Positions 22,275 to 32,361 of a stretch of DNA of 32,361 bases are shown in pieces. The notes beneath the pieces are model-generated. The model saw nothing but the letters and a program-made list of their open reading frames with translations. It did not search any database and was not told the origin of the DNA. The first letter of the stretch is position 1, and every line of letters begins with the position of its first letter. The DNA comes from Tubiluchus corallicola (Eukaryota; Animalia; Priapulida), in contig JAQGDQ010001621.1 in the NCBI GenBank assembly GCA_030141605.1, positions 1-32,361 on the forward strand. The letters run 5' to 3'. The translations under genes and the position numbers were made by a program.

Positions 22275-24040
22275 GAAACAAAACAATAATTTAACTGATT
22301 TTGAACACTTTACTTCAGTACACTAGCTCAGAGACTATGCAGAAGGTACGAATACAAGGTAAATTATTTATCTTAATAGAGCTGCATGCCTATTATATGA
22401 TTTACATTTTAATTTATACATGTGCTGCAGCTTTTTTGTTCGAAATACCTAAGTCTGCAGAAGTGTCCTAATTACCTCATGTCGTTATAATTGCCTCTAT
22501 ATCGTACAAGAAGTTCAGAATTTTTTTATTCAACAAATTAGTGGATTTCATTACTTCTAAATTGCAAGATGATATACAGTCAAATGCATAAGAGAGTGCC
22601 GTCTTTTTATGCAAAGTTGTTATTACAAATATGCTTCAACAATTACCCAAGAAGTTAAGAACGTTTTCCACATCCTTATCCAAGAAGCTAATCCTTTAAG
22701 CTAAAGAGAATCCTTTGTTTCTTGCTCTTATGAAGTTGTTACAAGTAAAATAGTAAAGCTCAGGCAAACAACTGTTTAATGTTAATCGTCAATACTAACG
22801 AGGAAACATGGCGTTTTTAATGGACACTGCAATGAAGAAATGGCTTAATTACTAATTTTAGGCCGTGGCACTGTTCTACTGGTTATAAAAAAATAAAAAT
22901 TGAATCTTTAAAAATAATTGTGAACAAAGTTCGGAAATGTGAATTCTTTTCAAATTGGTTTTGAAGGTAGTTTTGATTAGTTAATCGTGTAATAATTAAT
23001 TAAAATACGTTTGTTAATTTGTTGTTTCTAGATGTTTGACTGAAGGTCATGTAAAATGTAATACACGTAATGTATTAACGATAGATTGTTTAATTATAAA
23101 CAAATAAATCTTTGTACAAGGTAATACGAGAGAAAGTGTTTTGATAAACAGAATGGAAAGGGCATGTTGCAAGTTCGTGTTGATATCAACATTTGTGCAC
23201 TGCCGTGCCATTTATAGACCTATAGCTGGCATTTCACAATTATCCTGTACACGATTATATGCATTGCTTCGTCTTTTTAACATAAATTATTATTCTTGTT
23301 GTGCAAAATTTATATTATTGTAGGCCAGTATTGCATATAAATGCATTTTAGATTATTTTATTACTCTTTTTCTTGTACAGTCTTTTATTCATCTATTTTT
23401 CCATTTTTTTTATAAAAGGTAATGTTTATGCTTTATCATTTGAAAACAGCTTATGAGACTTGTTTTTGTGTTTCGTGTTTATAAATATTATTATAAATGT
23501 ACAATGACTATTATAATACAAAATTTCATAACATGTAGTTGCGATTTGTTCCCTTTCTCTGTATGTGATAATGTATAATGACCTTGTTTATTATTTAAAC
23601 AAAATATTAATTGTTACTGCAAATGCACAACTGTCTTGGGCTTGTAATTTGTAATGAGAATAAAATGCAGCTGATTACAAATTATGGTTTTTCAATGTGG
23701 GACAGTTCCTGCTAAATTTACCATCTGGAAAAAGTTTTTGCAAACCGGATAATTTATCAGGAATTGTTCAAACTCTAAATTTGAAAACGGAACGTGTGAA
23801 CGAGTCATAATAAGCACAATGACTACGCATGACAATTTTAAAGAGGAAGGAGAGAGAGAGAAAGAAAGTATGCTTATAAAAGAAAAACTTTGCAATAATT
23901 TTTAACACAAAAAAACTAATGTGATTGGTGATGGGGAAACAAATTCTTAAAATGAAATTAACTGCCATCACCCACTTAAGCAAAGACATGGCTATTTATT
24001 CCAACACAGTCAACTGCAGCGTTTCAACTACAACATGGTC

Positions 24041-24334
24041 ATGATCACGCAACAATGTACCTAATAAACTCTAAGATATAAAAATTAACATTCAGGTCCA
24101 AAAATCCACATTGTGAAAACAATTACAAAATTGTAAACTTACAGATCGTGTAGAACGTTGCCATACGATATACTTTGCCAATTTTATTTTTTCTGTCATT
24201 TGGTAATGCAGTACAAGATCTGTAAGTTTACAATTTCCTAATTGCTTTGTTTGTTTTTCGCAATGTGGATTTTTGGACCTCAGTATTAATTTTTATACAT
24301 TACATTTTTATTAGGTAGATTATTGGGTGATCAT
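24041..24334. repeat. Long imperfect inverted repeat (foldback/MITE-like)
   Basis: Left arm atgatcacgcaacaatgtacctaataaa...aggtccaaaaatccacattg...aattgtaaacttacagatc (24041..~24170) is the reverse complement of ~24194..24334, with a short loop. Confidence 0.9.
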
Positions 24335-25403
24335 ACTGCCTGGTTTGTAACCAACCTTGTTTTTATGCAATTGTATCAATGCACAAAAATTTAGATTTTG
24401 TGTGCTGAATTCTACACCACTTCCAACTCTTATAAACACATCTGTTAAATGAAAACTAAATAAACAAAAAATATGTAATATTCAAGTTTAATAATTACAT
24501 AAAGTTACAGCACCTATATCATTACAATGCCAAATTATTAAGCCAGCCAGACACCAGGATTTCGGAACTTAACACAGTGTCATTAAAGTTTATATCTGTC
24601 ATGCAACTTATCTATGCATGGAAGGAAAGATATCAAAAGAGTAAAAATTGCTTTTGTTGGCGTCTGCCTTCGCTCTGCAAAGTTAACAAGCACATACAAT
24701 ACATAGATCACAAAACGTCAGTCAAACAGCGGGGTCCCTCTCGTGACAGCCAATTAGCTCTCTCTTTGTCTTGCCTCCTCCTTCATCTGAGTTGCGCAAC
24801 GAAAGCGGCTCACAAACTCGTGCAGAAATTATATTGAACTCTACGATATTACGAAATTATAATGACCACTACGAGAGTTAAGATCAAGTGGGTATTATTA
24901 TTATTATAATTTCCTCCAGCCATATAAGATTTCTGGAATTAAAATTTGTCTAGTAATAGTACAGAAACATTATAGTGGTAAAACATTATGCTTGAATAAT
25001 AGTTATGTAGACGTATAGTGCCTGGAAAGATTAAAAACAGTCAGATTTATCAGTTTCTCCAACTCAAACAAATCTGCCGCATCAAAATTTAATCTCTCCC
25101 GCCTAGGGCTGAGCTGAGCCTTCAACTTAATAAGACGCTGTCTGTCCCAAGGTAACTAGTTTCCTATTTTTTTAATTGAAGCTCTACCTTGTTACAAGAG
25201 ATTGCCAAATGCTTGCATTAATGTTTATTAAGATTGAACATCCAGTATTTGGCAGACCTTATTTGTTATTCACAGCTTATCTGGGGTAATAAACTAATGT
25301 TGTTTAAACCCTAACATTGCTTATATAAGTCTTTAAGACTGATTATTCATAATGTCTAATATGATCTTAAACATATGATCATTTTGTAGATTTTATAAAA
25401 GCT

Positions 25404-25708
25404 ACCATACCGTCCTTGTACCATATTTTCCTAGTACCAGTTTGACTTTTCCAGTACTAAACTTTCCTAGCACCAAACAAGTTCCATACCATTTTTATCT
25501 TGTACCAGAAAATGCTTGCCAACCTTTGCCAGTACTGTATTAAATCTTCCCAGTACCACATTTTCCCTGTACCCAATTTTCCTAGCGGTAAAATTTCACT
25601 GTACTAAAAATTCCTAGCAGCAAATTTTCCCAGTACCAAAATTTCTTCTTACCAAAATTACTAGGATCAAATTTACCTATAACAAACTTGCTAGTACCAA
25701 TTTTTTCC
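25404..25708. repeat. Degenerate ~15-16 bp minisatellite (consensus approx. TACCAAATTTTCCTAG)
   Basis: Recurring ttttcc(t/c)agtacca units over ~300 bp. Confidence 0.8.
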
Positions 25709-26359
25709 ATGTTTTTCATTTATTATTTTTCATTAAACTGCGAGGGAATTTGTGCGAATGTGTGTTACGTCATCAAGTTGGGCGGGGCTAAAAGTGGCTT
25801 GCGATCTATCTATAGATTGCGAATCTCCAAGCAAAGAGAAATTTTGTGACGGAAAAAGACTATTTTTAGAACACCGGCAAACAGATTGGTTATTTGCTTA
25901 TTTAGACCAAAAATCATGATTAGGTCTTTTCTATACTCGCCATGCTATAACGTTTAAAGTTGAAGTTTTTTCTTTGTAGAAACACATACGTAGTTATAGC
26001 CAAATAACAACACTCCCCCGGACCCCCTATACATACTGTAGCCGTTTTGGCTCTGGTCTCACACGTTAGCACGTCTGCAACTTGGTGAGTTGTTGTATAG
26101 AATACAGAATCAATAAGAAAGACATTACATACACACACACACACATCTATATAACAATTTTGCTAATTAGCAGAATAATAGCACAAAATCACCATGGTAA
26201 AACAAGCTATAAGAAATGGGAAATAAGGTGACTAACATTGAGTTTTACAAAAAGCAGTGATTTTATAGATTACTGGCACCTCGTCGATGTAATTGTGTAA
26301 GGATGCTTTAAGAATTGTTTAACTCTATCAATTTTTAGCTACCATACGTAAACTGGTGA

Positions 26360-26495
26360 AATATCACATACAAGTTTGTGACTAAATTATGACAAACAAC
26401 ATTTAAATATAGCTATAAAGGAAAGAATATCACATGCAAGTCTGTGACTAAATTATGAGAAATAACATTTAAATATAGCATATAAAGGAAGGAAT
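26360..26495. repeat. Two-copy tandem duplication, 66-bp period
   Basis: aatatcacat(a/g)caagt(t/c)tgtgactaaattatga...atttaaatatagc(a)tataaaggaa at 26360 and 26426. Confidence 0.9.
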
Positions 26496-29400
26496 TATTT
26501 TCAATCACAGCCAGGTTTGAACTATCATATAAATCCTTACAATGTTGTGCTTAAAATCATGTACTAACTTAACGGATATCCATACAAAATTTAGTAAGAA
26601 ACAAATTTAAAATAATTGATTGTCAGCTGACAGTGTAATTGCTGACTTCAGTTCATTACAAAATCTCTTGCTCATTTTTTACTTATATTACAGCAACATA
26701 CAGCATAATTTGCTGCCAATGGATGAATGGGTGAGTAATTTGTTACCTAGCATTTTAACTGATACTCTGAATTTCATTGCGTGGGTGTACCTACAAGGTC
26801 AATAACGGTACAAATGCAATAACGTCAGGAACAGCTTGTAGAATGATGGTATGATGGTATCTGAAGTATTTGTTTGTAGACAACTGTAAAGTTTTCAGGG
26901 AACAGCTATGATGGAGGTTACAGGAACAGGGAATCCTGAAACATCCTCATTACTATAAGAAGAAGATCAATAGTAAAACAGAATTACTAATATGCTTCTT
27001 GTCTCTTACCGGATTGTAATGAAATTAATAACACTCAAAAATAGGATATAACAGTGTACAAAAAGTTCCACCAACTTAAGTGTGAAAACGAATGAGGCAG
27101 CATTACATTAGTAACAAATATTTTTTATGCCACTTGAGAAGCTAAGTGCTCCTTGATAAGCCTACTGTCATATTGGTTGTATAATCTTAATATTAAACCA
27201 TACAGGTAAAAGGCAGTACTCTGCATAGCGCTGCCAGCTGTTGGTAGTTAAGATGAGCAAGGAATTGAGTTACAAGATGTAAACTAGAACGATGAAGTTA
27301 TGTTCTGTTACCTCTTAATAATAATCGTTTTATGGCCTAGCCATGGAGTCTCCATGTCTATAATATATCTATAATTAACGACCACATCAGAATGGTGTCA
27401 ATAAAATGAAAACTTTACATTGAGCCGAAGAAATGGAGAAGGCCTTTGATGCAGATGACAAAGCTAAATTGGTTGTAATAGTGAAAACTAGAAATCGACA
27501 CAAGGATCATATTTTCTACGTAAAATGTTCAGCTCATTTGCCAGAATTAGTATATACATGTAATACGGTATTTTATGATATATGTGGTCTATGATACTTG
27601 AAACAGGAAAAAAATAAAAAAAATATCAGCAGGCCAAAATGTGGAATCGAAGAATGATGATCCCAAATAATCATATAATCACTTAATGTAAAGCGATATT
27701 ATAATAGCAAATGACAAACTAAGGAGATACAGAAGCTATATCTGACCAAAAAATAGAGTTACGTATAACCTGTTTGAGAAGTTTGTTTATAGACCAAGCA
27801 GTCCTATTCAGTAAAGTACCTTCTCTAAAATTCTATTTCTTATCATGATGACTATGATAAATCAGGTTCGACTAAACATAAAATATAACTTCACCAGTAA
27901 AACTTTAAGGCTTGTATAGACTAAAATGGTAAAGAAACAGTAGTACGTTCAATACGTAATAATTCATCAAATGCCAGGTGGATACGGGGTGATTCCAGAG
28001 GTAAAAGTTAGTGCGAATTGGGGGTTCCCTCCTACTAAAGAAAAACAACAGATTTTTGACAGATTATATATACTAGCATCCTTATACTAAAAAGTAGAAG
28101 GCTAGCACATGTGGTTAAAAAATGATTTTATTGACACTAATCTCTCCACTAATGTTTTGTATTAAGTGAATACTCCATATAGTGTTGAGCTCCATCTTAC
28201 AATCCTCAGGATAAAATTTTTGTTTTTCTCAGTTGATGATAACGGAGAGTTCTTCAGTTTGTAAAGCTTTCATGTTTTTGCTTTCGTTTTTTGAAACTTG
28301 TTTGCTCTTCTTTATAAGTCAGGCTGGGTGATCGCCCCCAGCATATTCCCCATGAAACTGCCCATGGGTGGAAGGTTAGTAGACGTTTCATTTTTCAATT
28401 TAACATACCGCAATCATACAATCATACCCATGCACTTATCAGTCAAATGGAAGATCTTCATGAACAAGATTATTACTTATTTCAGTAGCTAAGTTTGTTG
28501 TGCAAGCACACAGCACTCGGCGAGCCATTAAATGCAAACCTGGACCTAAAAGAAACATTAGATCATTAGTCAGTGATATATAAAGTTTTAAATCATTCCT
28601 GTTTGCAGCTTGCAGATCCCATTACAGGCCAATCAGTACTGGGGTAAATGTACCAATGTCTACAAATCTGACACCAAATGTCAAATTATTATATTATATA
28701 TGCTAATGATCTTTAGGGCATGATGCTGGTGAAAAAGCTTGACAGATTTTTTTCAAGGACATTCACGGTAATTTCAAAATCATTAAAGGCAAAGCTTACT
28801 TTACAAGCATACCAGACAGTTTGTGCTATATAACTCCAACTGCGGCATTCTTGGATCAGTAATACATTAATCAAAATGTCTTAGTCCAATGTCTTCTCAC
28901 TGGTGGTTTATTTTTTTAATTCGTGATGCAAGGGGAGCGCTAAAAATACAAAATTGGTTTTTTCTCCCATTTCTTGTATTTGATGATTATACGCTCTAGT
29001 TTGAGAGAACAGGAACGCATTACGAAACGAGCTGATAATGGTTGTATAGCACAATCAATGTAAGGTTTCCTAGGCCCACGGCTTCCTACAGTTGGCTATT
29101 TTTTCGAATTTCATTCGAATCTCGTTAAATTTTATGAAAAATTGCTCAAACAACCTCCAAAAATTTAATTTTTGTAACTGCTTTGGCACCTTGTAAAAAA
29201 TAAGCACATCCCTAGAAGGAAGAGAAACCGATTTACAAGGTGTGACTGTTCGTTCACTGATATGCTTACCATACCATATGAAACGGGGTGTACTGCAAAG
29301 ATCTTTTTCTACTAATGGTACTGCATGCTGTACGGAACACCCATTGTTTTTGCTTGTCAGAAATTATGCGACTCTTCTAGGCATTCCAGTCACCCATTGT

Positions 29401-30324
29401 TTTCTATATAATCTTTAGCCATAGTAAGAAGCTGACGAAAAGGACAAATTAAAGGGACAAAAAGAGTAGTACACACTCACTAAATAGACTGTTTATGGTT
29501 TCTTGATTTATAAGTTTATCTATAAGCAAAATTCGTTTCTGGGGCTTCGGTAAAAGAATTTAAGAACAACACTTACGAACATTGCTCGAATATCACTTTT
29601 CGATGCAATTTATGGACTGACTTTAAATGACTTTGAAATGACCTCAAATGTTATCAGAAAAATGTCCATTAAATTTTTTTATAAAATTTACACCCAAGGA
29701 GTATGAATCCAAACAATAGTATAAAAATCAACACCTGGTGCGAGATTTTTAACAATCTCCTGTACTAATTGGTGAGATCTCTCATATAAATTATGCTAGA
29801 GAAAACAAGAATTGTACAATACAAAAATATGAATGAGAAAAAAGCCTGAGATAAAAAGCGATGCCATTATATTTCATATATTACGAAAAGAAAAAATAAA
29901 GAAATATGCTAAACCAACTACAACTATTATGCATGTGTTTTTAATTAATAGTAAAAGGACAAAAAAAGATAAAGACTTGCAATTACATGTCTTTGTCTTT
30001 TCACAGTTAAAAAATGTCAACAATGAAAAAGAAATACAGATTATTGTTTTGTAGCCTGCTGTCAATATGTCTGCACACAAAATTCTAATTTGTGGTCAGC
30101 AAATTTTGTTTGCTGCTTGGAGCAAAATAGGGAGAGTAATGCCATACTAACATTCACTAACTAAATTTTTTAATAGTAATAGCCAGACGACACCTTTTGT
30201 ATTCATAATAAAAAAACTATTTTATTTTATTAACTATTCATAACTTCATATCAGATGAATTGAGATAGAATCAGAGTAATAATAATTATAAAACAGCTTG
30301 AGTAAAATAAGTCTGAGTTACAAC

Positions 30325-30779
30325 CAGCGTTGTTCCGAACCCGAAAAGAACCGATCCGAACCGATACCAATTTTTTTATCCTCAAAACCGAACTTATACG
30401 TGCTTTTATTTTCCTGGAACACCATATACCTCAAAACCAATACGAATAACCGATCATTGATTATTGTTTAGATTAGCTATAAACGCAAATTATTAACAAG
30501 TACTTGTGTTCACAATTGGAAAATTGGAAGTGTCTTTCAAAACTGGAAATGCTTACCTCTCTTTATGTCTAAACCTTCGTGCTGCTAATGCTGGAAGGTC
30601 GAATAGTTTTTTATATGTATTGCATTATCAAGTAACTATGCAATGGGGGACATACACGGAATGTGTATACATGTCAGTGTTGTTCCGAACTAAAAAAAGC
30701 AATCCAAACTGATACAGACTTCTTTATTTTCCTTGAAAACCAATACCAAACCAATCCCACATTTTCGCAAACAACACTG
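30325..30779. mobile_element. hAT-type MITE with 8-bp TSD and an internal duplicate left terminus
   Basis: Left end CAGCGTTGTTCCGAAC (30325), right end AACAACACTG (ends 30779), TSD gttacaac / gttataac. A second left end CAGTGTTGTTCCGAAC sits at 30675. Subterminal aaccgatac/aaccaatac repeats. Confidence 0.75.
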
Positions 30780-30877
30780 GTTATAACCTAGTTGAGGTTT
30801 TTATAAATAAGTGGCATTTTAAATGAAGCAAATTAAAAAAAAATATGGGAAAAATCGAAAGACTAGTGATATTCAAA

Positions 30878-31430
30878 TCTATATCTATACTCTTATATTA
30901 ATATTCTTGGTATATATATTTATTTATATATAAGATTCGAGGCTACAGCCCGGACGAGGGCACCATTTGCAGCGATCTATATATCAAAAGAAAGGTCTCG
31001 ATCTAGTGTCGTCTCATTGGGGGCTTATTTTTCGAATGGGGCCCACCGCGAGGAACGGGGGGCGAAAAACCTCCAAAAATGGCCATTTTTCGGCCGTTTT
31101 TTGCAAAAGTTATACGCCTGAGATGTAGAGAACGGGAACGGGCCAAGGGTGGTGCTGGGTATGGATAGATAGCCCGTTCAGCGATGGGTGTCATAGGCCT
31201 ATTTAGAATTAGCACGGGGTCCCGCAACGGGCGTTTTCCCGGACCCAACTCGCGATTTTTTCGAAATTTCGGCCAAACGGCCTGCGGAAAAAACGTTCTA
31301 GCGGCGCCCGGTGGGACTCTGGGAAGGAGATATACGGCTCATCAGAAAGAGGAAGAACGGGGCTACACGATGATGTGGGTTATATTTTAGGGCAGGTCCA
31401 CCGAGAGGAGTACCGACGAGTTAATTAGAT
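30878..31430 (+). mobile_element. Possible non-autonomous Helitron-like or other DNA-element segment, GC/CpG-rich
   Basis: Starts A|TCTATATCTATACT (Helitron-like 5' end). GC- and CpG-rich body with tatatcaaaagaaaggtctcga-type motifs common in invertebrate non-autonomous elements. No 3' end identified. Confidence 0.3.
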
Positions 31431-31825
31431 GTTCTATTTTTCGCAATTTTCGCTTAGAAAATTGCTGACGCAAAGGCATTGTTGTGACGTCATCCATTGT
31501 ATTCTGTCTATAATCTTATAGCTTTAATTCAGCAAAAAGCTGCTACGCTGCAGTAATTCAGTAAACGCTGCTACGGGCTTTGTGTTAAAAATGAGGACTA
31601 GGTAGAATGTTCGCGTGTTATTGATTATACGTGGTTTTTTACGCAAAATCTTTTGCGGGGCCTTTGCTATTTATTATATTATAGCACATAGTTTCAACTT
31701 TGTGAAAAATGTTTGGAATGGTTTTGTTGTAATGCTGTGCTGTTGGTGCTTGTGCTATAGGTGTCGTCATCGTTGCCACCATCATCATCATCAACATCAT
31801 GATCACCACGTGAGGTGGTGGATTT

Positions 31826-32346
31826 GATGTGGTGTGGTGGTGGTGTGCTTTGAGTGTTGTGCTATGGATGGTGTGGTGGGGTGATAGGGTGTGTGGTGTG
31901 GGTAGTGTGGTATGGAGTGGGTGGCGTGGTGTGTGGGTGGGGTGGGTGTTGTGGTGCAGTGTGGTGTTATGGTGTGGTGCAGTGCAGTGTGATGTGGTGG
32001 AGTCGTATGGTGTGGTGTGTGGGTGGTGCGGTGCAGTGGTATGGTGTGGTGCGGTGTGGTGTGATGTGGTGGAGTCGTATGGTGTGGGTGATGTGGTGTG
32101 GTGTGTGGGTGGTGCGGTGTGCTGCAGTGGTATGGTGTGGTGTGATGTGGTGGAGTATTATGGTGTGGGTGGTGTGGTGTGGTGCATGGGTGGTGCAGTG
32201 GTATGGTGTGGTGCAGTGTGGTGTGATGTGGTGGAGTCGTATGGTGTGGGTGGTGTGGTGTGTGGGTGGTGCGGTGTGCTGCAGTGGTATGGTGTGGTGT
32301 GGTGCATGGGTGGTGCAGTGGTATGGTGTGGTGTGATGTGGTGTGT
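31826..32346. repeat. G/T-rich compound minisatellite of GGTGT-like pentamers with a ~73-81 bp higher-order unit
   Basis: gtgatgtggtggagt(c/a)(g/t)tatggtgtgg recurs at ~31988, 32061, 32142 and 32223. Preceded by a (CAT)n tract at ~31780..31800. Confidence 0.9.
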
Positions 32347-32361
32347 TTCTAGAATTGAAAA

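Noticed and set aside
25404-25708. CRISPR-like repeat/spacer array
   Set aside because: Units are short, degenerate and contiguous without unique spacers, and the context is a eukaryotic intron-containing genome.
29073-29720. Possible Chapaev/Transib-like element starting CACGG
   Set aside because: Only one candidate terminus and generic internal motifs; no matching TIR or transposase remnant.
31485-31492. Second perfect CRE (TGACGTCA)
   Set aside because: It lies in repeat-like DNA with no adjacent gene. It shows such sites can occur incidentally, which tempers the CRE at 10624.
31615-32336. His-rich ORF and 160-aa Trp/Cys/Gly/Val-rich ORF
   Set aside because: By-products of the (CAT)n tract and the G/T satellite, which lacks stops by composition.

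Overview
AT-rich, intron- and repeat-rich animal (invertebrate-like) genomic DNA; nothing prokaryotic. The main feature is a complete 8-coding-exon HCN/Ih-family cyclic-nucleotide-gated channel gene on the + strand: join(10933..11189,13912..14075,16295..16518,16977..17126,17653..17871,18896..19042,21316..21559,22054..22274), 1626 nt, 541 aa. All its introns are GT-AG with consistent phases. About 9 kb upstream lies the terminal exon (1682..1902) of a second, diverged, co-oriented HCN paralog, so the window cuts into a tandem HCN array. The complete channel keeps the CIGYG filter and cAMP-binding residues but is unusually compact: very short N- and C-tails, a strongly shortened S3-S4/upper S4, QWE changed to QYE, and changes at S6 gate positions. 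Between the paralogs are decayed BEL/Pao and LINE relics, a 315-bp near-identical duplication, and a minus-strand cysteine-rich (cystine-knot-like) exon with one in-frame TGA. Introns and the downstream region hold hAT elements with TSDs, LINE 3' ends, a ~290-bp foldback and several satellites. Comparisons with reference channels are from memory and need alignment to confirm.
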